Of a DNA stretch of 64,000 bases, positions 52,500 through 62,521 are shown one piece after another; within the stretch, counting starts at the first letter, position 1; every line of letters starts with the position of its first letter. Source of the DNA: Candidatus Bathyarchaeota archaeon (lineage in GTDB: Archaea; Thermoproteota; Bathyarchaeia; Bathyarchaeales; Bathycorpusculaceae); the NCBI GenBank assembly GCA_963739305.1, contig CAVTZU010000024.1, positions 1 through 64,000 on the forward strand, given 5' to 3'. A program made the position numbers and the translations under genes. The notes under the pieces are model-generated. The model saw only the letters and a list, made by a program, of their open reading frames with translations. It ran no database searches and was not told the DNA's origin.

Positions 52500-53117
52500 A
52501 TGAATGCGAAGAAAACCGCGTTCGTTGCCATTCTGAGCGCTCTTGGAATAACTCTTTCGTTGATCTCGCTAAACGTTGCTCCCTTCCTCGGTTCTGGGCA
52601 AGGAGGTGCAGCACTTGACCTCTCCCATATAGCAACGTTCGTAGCTGCTTTTTTCGGTGGACCTCTTATTGGCGCATTAGTTGGATTCCTGAGTGGCATC
52701 TACGCGGGTTACTATTTCGGCTATGTCATGGGCAGCTTGGGTCTGCTTTCGGTGATAGGAGTACCCCTTGGTAAAGCCATGACTGGATTACTAGCGGGTT
52801 TCCTCTACAAGAAAACGGGCCTAAGTAGCGGTGCCAGACGCTCTATTTGGGCTCTGCCGCTGACACTGTTTTCGTACATCCCTGAATCCATCTATACGGT
52901 CTTCTACTTCTTGTTCATTGTGACACTCTTAGGCACGCCTGCGATGGCGTTTATGATCCCATTGGTTATTCCGAAGGCATGGATAGAGATAACGGTTATG
53001 AGTCTGCTGATGGGTGCACTCGCCGGAAACTCTGGGTTCAGGCAGTTCATGAACAGGTTCTTCTATGTTTGGCCGCAGAAGAACGTGCCTAGCAAAGAGG
53101 ACAAGATTGTTCAATGA
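52500..53117 (+). CDS. ECF transporter S-component-like membrane protein
   Basis: KKTAFVAILSALG..LDLSHI..AAFFGGPLIGALVG; SD AGGTGA. Confidence 0.75.
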   Translation: MNAKKTAFVAILSALGITLSLISLNVAPFLGSGQGGAALDLSHIATFVAAFFGGPLIGALVGFLSGIYAGYYFGYVMGSLGLLSVIGVPLGKAMTGLLAGFLYKKTGLSSGARRSIWALPLTLFSYIPESIYTVFYFLFIVTLLGTPAMAFMIPLVIPKAWIEITVMSLLMGALAGNSGFRQFMNRFFYVWPQKNVPSKEDKIVQ

Positions 53118-54082
53118 TTGTGGATGTCAAATGACTCCTTTAGCATCTTGACATTGATTTGACCGCTTCTGAATGTTCGTCCAGTCTTAACGTCGTTGAC
53201 TACTACCACTGCAGGGGCAAACAGGTCAGAACTTATCTTATAGAAATCACAGTTTGCCTCTTGGAAAATATCAAGGAATGGTCTGCCATATGATTCTGAT
53301 GCGCCCGAAGGCGCTTTTTCCACTATTCTAGCAAGTCGTTCCTGATCGTTGCTTTCAACCGTGCACCAGAATGTTCCGCCATACAGAATCGCATCGTTTG
53401 TTCTTCCCATCATGTTGCTTAGCTTCGTATGCAGTGGAGGAATAGGCGCGCTCCCCCATGCGTGCAGAATCTCGTTGGGGTCCAACCCCAGCTTTCTGAG
53501 CTTGTGTGTTCCTTCTTCTGCGATTCTTCCTGAGATTTGAGTGGCTCCAGCAAGGCTGTTTGTTGGCGTTAATACGATTGTCAGCTTCTCTGGTTGGATC
53601 CCGCAGTCTTTGCTGATCCGGTCGACTACCTCCGGTGGCGGAAATTCTCCGGTTTCTAATGACACGATCGCTTTGTCGGATTTGTCTTTGTACCCGATTT
53701 CCTCGTAGATTCTCTTTGGCTTCAGAGCCAACGCTCTTGCGGGTCCGGACCCTATCGCAGAGTAGTTGCCTTCAGTTATGTGCCAGCCTGCAAGCTGTGA
53801 GCCTAGTGTTGCGATTGCCGGATGGTCTGTATAGACAAGGATGGTTGGAAGCAGGAGGTCTCCGTATGTGGCGGAGGTGATTTCAGCCTTTCCGAGGCCC
53901 CCCATACAGATTTCGGTTATAAGTCGGCCGGCTTGAAAACCGCCTTCCGAGTCTATTCCTGCGTCTATTATTGTGGCCCCGTGGGCAGTTTTTTTCACTT
54001 TCACGGCGTATCGGTCGGGATCGTTTATCATTTCTTCCGATAGCTGCAATGCAAGATCGTTTATGCTTGGGTTATACTTCAA
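53111..54082 (-). CDS. mch: Methenyl-H4MPT cyclohydrolase
   Basis: IIDAG, ICMGGLG, LGSQLAGW, GSGPARALA, QISGR, MGRTNDAILYGG, DFYKI..LFAPA. Confidence 0.95.
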   Translation of the reverse strand: MKYNPSINDLALQLSEEMINDPDRYAVKVKKTAHGATIIDAGIDSEGGFQAGRLITEICMGGLGKAEITSATYGDLLLPTILVYTDHPAIATLGSQLAGWHITEGNYSAIGSGPARALALKPKRIYEEIGYKDKSDKAIVSLETGEFPPPEVVDRISKDCGIQPEKLTIVLTPTNSLAGATQISGRIAEEGTHKLRKLGLDPNEILHAWGSAPIPPLHTKLSNMMGRTNDAILYGGTFWCTVESNDQERLARIVEKAPSGASESYGRPFLDIFQEANCDFYKISSDLFAPAVVVVNDVKTGRTFRSGQINVKMLKESFDIHNH

Positions 54083-54095
54083 ATTCTTGGTTTCC

Positions 54096-54920
54096 TCACA
54101 GGAACTTTTCGCGATAGCTTAACTGAGGATTCCTTTTCTTGGAAACATAAAGTTTGCCATTTCCGCATTCGGCGAGGTCTCCTAGAAAAAGATAGAAGGG
54201 TCCTTGAGCTATGTCGTTTTCTTCGATTTTGACCCTTGGTTTGATGCTGTCTATCGTGAAAGTTGGCAAGACGGACTGCAGCGTCCCATCGACGACGATT
54301 TTGCCATCAACCATGCAAGCTCCTGCTCTTTCGTCACAGTCACCTCGTACGTGAATCGCGCCGTCTTGCATGCGGAGACCGAGGAACTGCCCTGAATTTC
54401 CGTAAATATTGATGATTCCTTTCTTCATTCGGGCGCCTGCTTCGTTTCCAGCGTTTCCGTAGACTGTTATTTTTCCTCCGTGCATGCCTTTTGTGCTTCC
54501 TCGATATGGCGCCGCCAAGTAGTCTCCTGTGTTTCCATGGATTTCGATGGTTCCTCCCTTCATCATGGAACCAGTCCAAGCTTCGGCGTTTCCGTGAACT
54601 GTGATTTTGCCGTTTTTCATTTCTTCGCCGAGGTGCATCCCAGCGTTTCCCTTGATTGTGATTTCTCCAGTTTGCAGGTGTGATCCGATTCTTCGGACTT
54701 CGCTGACGTCGCCGATGATTTCTATTGCGACGCTGCTTTGAGATTCAGGGTCTTTTGTTTCTTTGATTTTGAACAGGTCGCTGAGCTTTCTGTGTTTGTT
54801 GCCTTCCCAAACGGTTAGTTCACTTATTTCATTGGTCGTTTTGTTTTGGAAAACGTCTGGGCTTATGCAATCGGCGACAACTGGAAACGTGAACGTTTTG
54901 GTGGGTTGAAGCGTTATCAA
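54096..54920 (-). CDS. fwdC: Formylmethanofuran dehydrogenase subunit C
   Basis: CISPD, LSDLFKI, GxxMxxGxIxVxG repeats, YRG..GMHGG. Confidence 0.93.
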   Translation of the reverse strand: MITLQPTKTFTFPVVADCISPDVFQNKTTNEISELTVWEGNKHRKLSDLFKIKETKDPESQSSVAIEIIGDVSEVRRIGSHLQTGEITIKGNAGMHLGEEMKNGKITVHGNAEAWTGSMMKGGTIEIHGNTGDYLAAPYRGSTKGMHGGKITVYGNAGNEAGARMKKGIINIYGNSGQFLGLRMQDGAIHVRGDCDERAGACMVDGKIVVDGTLQSVLPTFTIDSIKPRVKIEENDIAQGPFYLFLGDLAECGNGKLYVSKKRNPQLSYREKFL

Positions 54921-56612
54921 CTAGACCTTTGCCTCCACACGAATTGGCATTGAAGCCTTCAGACCTTCAGCGGAGACGGGATAGTTTTCAAACTCTACGG
55001 TCCAGTATTCCTTGAATCTCTTCTTGAAGTCCTCGGTCACTTCGGCGGGGTGAGAGACTTCTATGTCAGCCCACATCGTGGTGCCGTTGACGCTCTTGAT
55101 GATTTCGCCGTTTTGTGAAACGATTTCTCCGCTTTTGATCGTGTAGGCTGCTTGCTTGAAGGCTCTTCTTGCGGTCTTGTATTTTCTGGACGGATCGGTC
55201 TTTTCAGGATTAAAGTTGTAGATGGCTATGTCAGCGTCTGCGCCTAAGCCGAGATGTCCTTTGTTCTTGAGTCCCAGGGCCTTGGCTTGTCCTGCCCGCG
55301 TCACAATCGCGATTTCGTAGAAGCTCAATTCACGATCTATCGATGGGAGGAGGCTTCGACTTCTTGCGCGAGAATTGATCCTTTTCAAGCTTGCCTCTCT
55401 TGCTTTTCGGCTTAGTAGCCAAGCAATTATCTTCGGGTAAGATGTGAATGGACCGGCGTTGGGATGATCCGTGGTCATGAAGATTTTCCATGGATCTTTG
55501 ATCAGAAGGGCGAGTTCTAATCCGATTGACCATTGGACTGCGTGGACATAGCTCTTTCGTCGGTAACGGAAGGGAACGATGCCCGCGCTTGTTTCGGTTT
55601 CTACGTCGTGGTTCACCCACTTGTTTCCTGTCAGCCCGTAAAGGTCGTACTGAAATGGACCGTCTGCTGTCATCGTGGTTGTGTCGGTGAATATTATTTG
55701 GCCCATGTCGGTCGTAACGTGGGTGTGGTTGTTGATGTATTTGGCGATTTCTTCGGCGCCAGATTGCATGGTTCTCCAGTCGTCGCCCTTGAAGGCTGAA
55801 AACTGGCAGTGTGTCACATGTATTGCAGGCTTGTTTTCTGCGGCGAGGTTTTCGACGCACTTCATAGTTTCCAGTGCGGTGAGGTAGTTGTCAGGTTTTC
55901 CCAAGTTGTTTGTGTGGAGGTGGATCGTGTGGGGCAGTCTCAGCAAGGTGTTCACCTTGCACAATCCGCGCACGATCTCCCGTGGAGTTATGCAGAAATG
56001 GGGGACTTGATCGTCGAGGTTTTTGACATTATGTCCGAATCCCCATGCTTCAAGTCCGCCTGGGTTAACGACTTTTATGGCGTATCCCTTCGTTGAGTCC
56101 ATGAGCCAAGCAATGTGTCTTGCGCATTCTTCGATGTCGTCTTGCGCCAAGTATTCAAGCACGAACCACCAGTCGCCGAGAAGCGGGTAGGAAGCTTTGT
56201 CGACCATCGGGGTGTCGTTCAACTCTTCATGCGTGTGCTTCGCTTCAAGAGGAGACATCGACGGGTTCATTACAGTCGTGTATCCCATCCGGGAGTATCG
56301 ATAACCCGTTGTGAATGTCGAAGGAATAGAACGCCCCACTCCAGACCGGGTTAACGGTGTTCTTGATTCAAAATCCTTGAAGTGATCTTCTGGTCTCAAC
56401 AGTCTGCCAGAATTTACCTCTCCACCCGCTATGTGCGTGTGGATGTCGACTCCCCCGGGCATGACTGCCATTCCTGAAGCATCTATGATGCGTGCCTTGT
56501 GCTCGTCAACTCTGTCGACGATTTTTCCTTCTTTCACTGCTATGTCCATTTTTTGCCCGTTGATGCCATTCAGAGGATCGTAGACGTAACCGTTTTTCAC
56601 TAACAGTTCCGT
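54921..56612 (-). CDS. fwdA: Formylmethanofuran dehydrogenase subunit A
   Basis: GGVDIHTHIAG, KVVNPGG, HLHTNNLG, TTDHPNAGPF; expected start (M)ELLVKNG reads ACG at 56612. Confidence 0.95.
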   Translation of the reverse strand, partial: TELLVKNGYVYDPLNGINGQKMDIAVKEGKIVDRVDEHKARIIDASGMAVMPGGVDIHTHIAGGEVNSGRLLRPEDHFKDFESRTPLTRSGVGRSIPSTFTTGYRYSRMGYTTVMNPSMSPLEAKHTHEELNDTPMVDKASYPLLGDWWFVLEYLAQDDIEECARHIAWLMDSTKGYAIKVVNPGGLEAWGFGHNVKNLDDQVPHFCITPREIVRGLCKVNTLLRLPHTIHLHTNNLGKPDNYLTALETMKCVENLAAENKPAIHVTHCQFSAFKGDDWRTMQSGAEEIAKYINNHTHVTTDMGQIIFTDTTTMTADGPFQYDLYGLTGNKWVNHDVETETSAGIVPFRYRRKSYVHAVQWSIGLELALLIKDPWKIFMTTDHPNAGPFTSYPKIIAWLLSRKAREASLKRINSRARSRSLLPSIDRELSFYEIAIVTRAGQAKALGLKNKGHLGLGADADIAIYNFNPEKTDPSRKYKTARRAFKQAAYTIKSGEIVSQNGEIIKSVNGTTMWADIEVSHPAEVTEDFKKRFKEYWTVEFENYPVSAEGLKASMPIRVEAKV

Positions 56613-58073
56613 TTACTGTTCCTCCTCTACGGCTGTCCTGATTTTCCGGACTTCTTGGAGAATTCTTTTCAGGATTTCCTCGTCTGATTGAATTTCAGCG
56701 GGTGGATCAGTGATTTTCTTTAGGAAAAGTGGAACGTGATCCATACGGTAAGCAGTGCCGGCGGTTTCTATCCCTACGAAGGCTGATGGAAAAACGACAT
56801 CGGCCATCTGGCTTGTCGCGTTCATGTGAGGGTCTATCGCGATAAGCGGATTATTCACAAGGTGCTCTGTTGCGGGTTTCGGGAAGTTTGCAACTGGGTC
56901 CGAGGCGACAACCAGTGCCGCGTCGGTTTCTTTCCGCAGCAGCACGTCCACGGCCGAGGTTTCTCCGGGGTTGTAGCGCGGATAACCGAGGGAGAAATCA
57001 ATTGCGAACGGATAACCTGTTTGCCAAGTGAAGACCGTGTCAGCGCCTGTCACGTTGAAGTGTCCTCGCATAGGCATTATGACGAATTTTGTTCGCGTGT
57101 TCAGGTCTTTTGCAAGAGAGATTGCAGCGTCGACGTTTCGGACCTTTCCTTTGCTCATTGTGAGACCGAGCCCGAAGAAGATTACTCCGAAGCTGCACTG
57201 AATCATTGCATCAGCAACTTCTTCGAGGAATTCTACGGGCACTCCGGCTACTTTGTCGACCTCGAGTTCCTGATCCCTAACTAGGCCTCTCAAGGCTTCG
57301 AAAAGTTCGTAGTCCTTGTTAGGTTCTATTTGTATGAAGTAGTCTGCAGCCTCCGCAGTTCGGGTTTTTCTAACGTCTACGACGATGAGTTTTCTGCCAC
57401 CTTTCAGAATTGCTGGGCAGGGTCCCTTTTCATTCGGCAGCGTCTCGATCTTCTGCGCCTGTTGTATTCTTCGCAGCGTGCTGTCCACTTTCTTCTTGGC
57501 GGCAAAGGCCTTGGTTTTGGTTACGTAGTCCTTCCATTCGCTCTTCTCAAATTTCCCTTCTGAAAAACTCGTGTACCGCTCAATGTGGCGTGGATGCGAG
57601 CTCCAAGGGTTGCTTCCCCAGTAAATAATCAAGTCCGCGCGGTGTCTGATCTGACCAAGTGTGCACGACGGCAGTCCAACGTCTTGGACGCCCAGCTCTG
57701 ACGGCCCGTGACACACGGTTGAAGTGTTGTCGAGTACTCCTCCTAGTTGTTCAGCTAGCTCGACGCCTGTGCGAATGGCTTCGCAGCTCGTGTTGCTCCA
57801 GCCGTATAGCAATGGGTAGCTTGCTTCTACGAGTATTCTGGCAGCTTTTGCAACTGCTTCGTCAATTGAAACTGGAACGTGCTTGCCGTTCTTTTTGATG
57901 AGGGGTTTCAGAGGTCTGTGACCGGGGTTGTAGCTGAGGAATTTTGCTTCGCTCATTGAGCAGCCGTTCTTGACTTTTACTATTGCTCCGTTTTCTACCG
58001 TGAGTTCTATATCGTCGCATAGGCATCCGCATATTGGGCAAGTCGCGGCTTTGACCACTGGCACTTCACGCAT
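56613..58073 (-). CDS. fwdB: Formylmethanofuran dehydrogenase subunit B (Cys-type)
   Basis: CPICGCLCDD, VCHGPS, WGSNP..HPRH, MRGHFNV, GTAYRMD. Confidence 0.95.
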   Translation of the reverse strand: MREVPVVKAATCPICGCLCDDIELTVENGAIVKVKNGCSMSEAKFLSYNPGHRPLKPLIKKNGKHVPVSIDEAVAKAARILVEASYPLLYGWSNTSCEAIRTGVELAEQLGGVLDNTSTVCHGPSELGVQDVGLPSCTLGQIRHRADLIIYWGSNPWSSHPRHIERYTSFSEGKFEKSEWKDYVTKTKAFAAKKKVDSTLRRIQQAQKIETLPNEKGPCPAILKGGRKLIVVDVRKTRTAEAADYFIQIEPNKDYELFEALRGLVRDQELEVDKVAGVPVEFLEEVADAMIQCSFGVIFFGLGLTMSKGKVRNVDAAISLAKDLNTRTKFVIMPMRGHFNVTGADTVFTWQTGYPFAIDFSLGYPRYNPGETSAVDVLLRKETDAALVVASDPVANFPKPATEHLVNNPLIAIDPHMNATSQMADVVFPSAFVGIETAGTAYRMDHVPLFLKKITDPPAEIQSDEEILKRILQEVRKIRTAVEEEQ

Positions 58074-58476
58074 CTCCGAATTCTTTTGTAAGAAGTTCTT
58101 TCAAGCTGAGTACCCGCTCGTTCGGCGCTGGCTCGATTTCGGCGGGTATTCCTTTCAGAGAGGGCATTCCGATGCTGTCGGTGGAAGGGTCAACGATCAT
58201 GTTTGCCCATGGTCCATACGGAATGAAGATTATGCCCTTGTGTGGTCCTCTGGGCGATTCTATTGCGGTTAGGACAACTGAGCCAGCTGGGGTTGATACG
58301 CGCACGTTTGTGTTTTCTTTTATTCCAGATGCTTTGAGGTCCCCCGGGTCTATGAAGCACAGGGAAACACTCTGCATGTATTCCTTCGAGGATTTTCCAG
58401 ATTCTCTTGCGACACCTTGCTCGATGGTGCGACCGGTCAGCAAAATCACGTGCAGTCTTTGGTTTATAGCCATCAA
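58066..58476 (-). CDS. fwdD: Formylmethanofuran dehydrogenase subunit D
   Basis: LLTGRTIEQG, IFIPYGPWAN, TDSIGMPSLKG. Confidence 0.93.
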   Translation of the reverse strand: MMAINQRLHVILLTGRTIEQGVARESGKSSKEYMQSVSLCFIDPGDLKASGIKENTNVRVSTPAGSVVLTAIESPRGPHKGIIFIPYGPWANMIVDPSTDSIGMPSLKGIPAEIEPAPNERVLSLKELLTKEFGDA

Positions 58477-58651
58477 ACATTCACACTTTAACAGCAGTAA
58501 GTCTGAGTTTCCAGAATCACTGTAAGACTTGAACGTGCTTTTTAATCTAACTCGTTTTGGGAGCGCTCCTTAACATACGGATTTATGGCTGAGAACAACT
58601 AGAGTCTGGACAAAGAACTGGTCTTCTCATCCTGCGAAGGCCGGACCCAGC

Positions 58652-59596
58652 CTATGGTCTGTAGCCTTCAAGGACGCATACGGCCAATGCTGCCGCTATC
58701 ACGTCTGCGGTTGTGCCCGGGTTCAGAAGATTGCTCTGTTTCCTGAGTTCCTGATCAAACTTGTCCAAGGCTCTTCGGCCAGAAGAGGTCTCGACCCCGC
58801 CTAGTTTCACAATCCGTTCCGCCTTTGACGACACTTCACGAGCCTTTTGAACAGTTGTCTTTCTGGCTATGAACGTGTCTGGAACAACGGCAAGAACTTC
58901 AAGGAAACTTTGAAGGATTGCTGTGCTCGGATCGGGGATTTTCTTCAGGTGTTTGGACAAGGAAGGATAGGCAACATCGAAGGTGACGTGAAAGTCGTTA
59001 ACGTACTCTGAGCAGATTGTGTCGTATTTTTCAGCTATTTTGAAGACGTTATACAATGATATGTTCCCATCTGCTATTCTTTTCCTCGACGCAGGGTCAT
59101 TCACATCGAGATCGGGAGCTTTGCCTAGTCCACTCGGGTTGGCGATCGTGATGGCATCATAGACGTCTAAAGCATCTTGCGCAGTTGTGGATTCGGTTAT
59201 GAGTCTCAAGTTCCTTCTTAAAGAAGGAACGCTGAACCTTCCCTTATACAAAGTCATTCCAGCTGCGGGCGCCATCGGTGACTGGAGAATTACGGTGCCT
59301 AGGAGAGTGTTGCCGCCATGCTGCCACGCGGTTATTTCGGCTATACAATCCTTAATGATCTTTCCGACGCCGACTTTCGCGACGTCAATTTTCCCTTCAG
59401 AGACCTCGATTCCGCGCTGAACTCCCAATTCTAAGGAAGGAGTTGCTGCCACCGCCGAAGCCAGAAAATGCTCGTATCGTGTGGTTTCAAAGTCGGTGAC
59501 GACGTTGACATTTCCTGGCTTATGAGCACTTGCTTCAAGCAGAATTGCCAACTCTAAGCATCGTGAAATATCCTTCGGGCTTGCCAAAGAGGTCAT
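58652..59596 (-). CDS. CitG-family triphosphoribosyl-dephospho-CoA synthase-like protein
   Basis: LEASAHKPGNV, NTLLG, PDTFIARK, NPGTTAD. Confidence 0.88.
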   Translation of the reverse strand: MTSLASPKDISRCLELAILLEASAHKPGNVNVVTDFETTRYEHFLASAVAATPSLELGVQRGIEVSEGKIDVAKVGVGKIIKDCIAEITAWQHGGNTLLGTVILQSPMAPAAGMTLYKGRFSVPSLRRNLRLITESTTAQDALDVYDAITIANPSGLGKAPDLDVNDPASRKRIADGNISLYNVFKIAEKYDTICSEYVNDFHVTFDVAYPSLSKHLKKIPDPSTAILQSFLEVLAVVPDTFIARKTTVQKAREVSSKAERIVKLGGVETSSGRRALDKFDQELRKQSNLLNPGTTADVIAAALAVCVLEGYRP

Positions 59597-59695
59597 TCTG
59601 TGTTATCCCTTGAGCTGGAACTCTAGCTTGGAAACTTTTATTAACGTTGTGTAAAAGACTACACAGGAAGTCAATAATCTACACAAGGTATCTCC

Positions 59696-60388
59696 GTGAG
59701 AATAACTACCACCAAAATCGCGTTGATCGCTGTTTTCGGCGCTTTGCAAACCTTGCTTAGTCTTCTTCCTTATACGATAACGATAGGCGTTTCGGGTCAG
59801 ATAACGCTTGGAGTCATAGGCGGACCGTTGATAGGAATTGTAATGGGGCCGTTTTTTGGGGGATTAGCCGTTCTCATCGGATCTCTCGCGGGGATTTTTC
59901 TGAACCCGTCTGGAGCTATTTTCGGAGTGTTAACGGTTCTTCCGCCCACTGTCGGGGCATTGGCAGCAGGGTTCACGAAGCTTCGGCAGGGATACGTCGC
60001 AGGAGCAGTCATTCTTCTTGGCTTATTCATCTTCTACGCCAACCCCGTGGGCAGAGAAGTCTTTGCTATCACGTGGTTCGACATCTTTGGCATGATGGTT
60101 GCTTTCTCGTCAATCTTCTACGTCAAGAAAACGACCTTCAGTTCCGTTGGAGCCCTTAGACCTGTGGTTGGTATTGCGGTCGGAGCGTTAGTCGGCGTTC
60201 TTGCTGATCATATGACGGGAAATGCTATAGCCGTGTGGTATCTCCCGCCGTTTCAACCGTCAATGTGGTACTTTGCCATGTTCGTTTATCCCTTTGAAAG
60301 AATAGTCGCGTTCCTTCTAACTGTGACTATCGCGGTTCCTGTTTACTTCGGTATCAAGACATCCGGAATGGCCGAACAACTAAAATAA
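59696..60388 (+). CDS. ECF S-component-like membrane protein
   Basis: TTKIALIAVFGAL, PLIGIVMGPFFGG, about seven TM segments. Confidence 0.7.
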   Translation: MRITTTKIALIAVFGALQTLLSLLPYTITIGVSGQITLGVIGGPLIGIVMGPFFGGLAVLIGSLAGIFLNPSGAIFGVLTVLPPTVGALAAGFTKLRQGYVAGAVILLGLFIFYANPVGREVFAITWFDIFGMMVAFSSIFYVKKTTFSSVGALRPVVGIAVGALVGVLADHMTGNAIAVWYLPPFQPSMWYFAMFVYPFERIVAFLLTVTIAVPVYFGIKTSGMAEQLK

Positions 60389-60422
60389 ACGTGTTTCACG
60401 ACTTCAGTTTGATAGACGCCTG

Positions 60423-61445
60423 GTGTTTGGTGTGAAGGCACGGGAGGGCGATTTTGTTGAAACTCGGAATGGCTCGATTTTTGACGTGAAGGGCCATGTT
60501 CACCCTCCGAAGAGAGTGGTCGCCTTCATCCGTTATTTCCCTGAAGAGAGAGGAGAAAGAAAGAAGAACGGGATCTCGTATGGTAAGGTCTACTCGTTTT
60601 CGGAGCGTTATGAGCTCTTGATGAGGAGATATCAGGGATACCTTGTCTACGACCCCGTTTTCGACGAAACGCTTTGTGAAGTTCCAGATAGTAATATTCG
60701 AAGACGCTATGATCCAGTTGAAAGAATGACACAGCTTAGAAACTCCGGGAACTTGGATTCGCTTGAAGAAATGGCCCTACGATTGGCTGAGAGACTCAAA
60801 GAAAGGTCGAAAGCGCCCTGGGACGCGATTGGGATCTCAGGATCAGTTTTGGTCGATCTCCAAAAGAAGGGTTCCGACCTCGACCCAGTCGTGTATGGTT
60901 CCGAAAATTGTAAGAAGGTCCATTCAGCGCTAAAGGAGATGTTGAATGACCCTGAGTCACTGTTCAGCCCCTACAGCGTGGATGAACTGAGAGCGTTGTT
61001 CGATTTTCGTTCGAAAGATACAGCTATGAATTTTAGACAATTTCTTCGAACCGAATCGAAGAAAGCTTATCAGGGAAAGTTCATGGGAACCGACTACTTC
61101 GTGCGTTTCATAAAAGACTGGGAAGAGATTGATGAAAAATATGGCGACATTCAATACAAGAATGTTGGTCACGCAAAGATCCAGGCAGTGGTGGCGGACG
61201 ATTCCGAATCCATTTTCACCCCGTGCAAGTACGTTATTCGCGATGCCACATTTGTTGAAGGGCCAAAACTCGATCCAATACGTGAAGTAGCGTCCTTCAG
61301 AGGTAGATTCTGCGACCAAGCAAGGAAAGGTGATTCGATAGTTGCGCAGGGAAAAGTAGAAAGAGTCATGAATAAGCAGGAAGGCTACGAGTATCTGAGG
61401 CTTCTGATCGGTAACGAACGTTCGGATTATATGGTTGTCGTTTAG
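60423..61445 (+). CDS. Pol-beta-superfamily nucleotidyltransferase, archaeal COG1665-like (paralog 1)
   Basis: GISGSVLV...SDLDPVVYG; N-terminal REGDFVET..IFDVKGHVHP. Confidence 0.8.
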   Translation: MFGVKAREGDFVETRNGSIFDVKGHVHPPKRVVAFIRYFPEERGERKKNGISYGKVYSFSERYELLMRRYQGYLVYDPVFDETLCEVPDSNIRRRYDPVERMTQLRNSGNLDSLEEMALRLAERLKERSKAPWDAIGISGSVLVDLQKKGSDLDPVVYGSENCKKVHSALKEMLNDPESLFSPYSVDELRALFDFRSKDTAMNFRQFLRTESKKAYQGKFMGTDYFVRFIKDWEEIDEKYGDIQYKNVGHAKIQAVVADDSESIFTPCKYVIRDATFVEGPKLDPIREVASFRGRFCDQARKGDSIVAQGKVERVMNKQEGYEYLRLLIGNERSDYMVVV

Positions 61446-62521
61446 GGTTTCGGATTGCTAACTTTCAGGACCTGCTCGTAATATCTTGGACAATAGGTGA
61501 GAGTTATTTGAAAAGAGTGACCGTGTGGACCAGCAAGTTCCTCCAAGTTTCCCGTGACCTCCACGGTTTCATCGCATTTTGCCTGAAGCCTGAACTCCTC
61601 AAGGTAGGAGACAACCCGATTCACCTCGACAGCTTGCTTGGACCCTTCGGAAACTTCAAGCGGCTCTATGTCGTAAATTGAAGGAACAAAGGGAGACTCA
61701 ATATCGTCAAGTACTTTGGCGCGAATGCTGGTCCACCCCTTCGACACTATTTTCGTTTCGGGGTCAAAATCATTCTTGATTTCCTGCCACTTTTTCACGG
61801 GCTCGAATTCCGTCTTCACTGTCCGTCCGCCCGCCGGATCCTCAAAGAGTGAGTAGATCAGCTTTCTTCGTTGGTGCCACAGGTACTCTTTGAGACTGAG
61901 ATTTGTGAACCGCCAGTTCTTACCCGCAACGGACTGATCAGTTACGAATTCATTCCTTAAGGACGAAGCTTCAGATTCATAGAATCCTTGGAGACTTTCG
62001 AGAAGTCTTGCAAGGTTTCTTTCGCCGTAGATTATTAGGTCGACGTCAGAAAACCGTGGATGATAGAATTTGTGAAGCAGGGAACCGAAGACGCCGAAAT
62101 CTGTGAGATGGAGTCTTGAACATCGCAGCACGTTCTCGAGTACACTTTGCATTGCTCGGTGCAGATTGTCTTTTGGCGCGGTTCCTACGAGTTTGAGAAG
62201 AGTCTTTTCGGGCTTCCGGACCATGAAAATGTCGTTCAGACTTACTCCAACCACTTTTCTGCCTAGCATCTCGTGAAAAATCATGTATCGTGGATACTTT
62301 TCTTGAATGAACCTGAAGCCTTGATCTTCATAGAACTTGAAGAAGCCGTTCTGCCCCTGACCCCTGGGCGCTCTAGGATCGGTCGAATTGAAGATTTTGG
62401 AAGAGGCATACTCTGCGTCACAAAGGAAAGAGCGTTCTGGATGTGAATAGCCAAATACCCTGAAGATCAAGCCTTCCTTTGTGACTATGGCGTCGCGGTC
62501 CCTGAGTTTTAAAGAGGCCAA
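61442..62521 (-). CDS. Pol-beta-superfamily nucleotidyltransferase, COG1665-like (paralog 2)
   Basis: GVFGSLLH...SDVDLIIYG; RDRDAIVT..IFRVFGYSHP. Confidence 0.8.
   Translation of the reverse strand: MASLKLRDRDAIVTKEGLIFRVFGYSHPERSFLCDAEYASSKIFNSTDPRAPRGQGQNGFFKFYEDQGFRFIQEKYPRYMIFHEMLGRKVVGVSLNDIFMVRKPEKTLLKLVGTAPKDNLHRAMQSVLENVLRCSRLHLTDFGVFGSLLHKFYHPRFSDVDLIIYGERNLARLLESLQGFYESEASSLRNEFVTDQSVAGKNWRFTNLSLKEYLWHQRRKLIYSLFEDPAGGRTVKTEFEPVKKWQEIKNDFDPETKIVSKGWTSIRAKVLDDIESPFVPSIYDIEPLEVSEGSKQAVEVNRVVSYLEEFRLQAKCDETVEVTGNLEELAGPHGHSFQITLTYCPRYYEQVLKVSNPKP

Noticed and set aside
57700-57730. Selenocysteine-type FwdB
   Set aside because: The active-site codon is Cys (VCHGP); no in-frame TGA.
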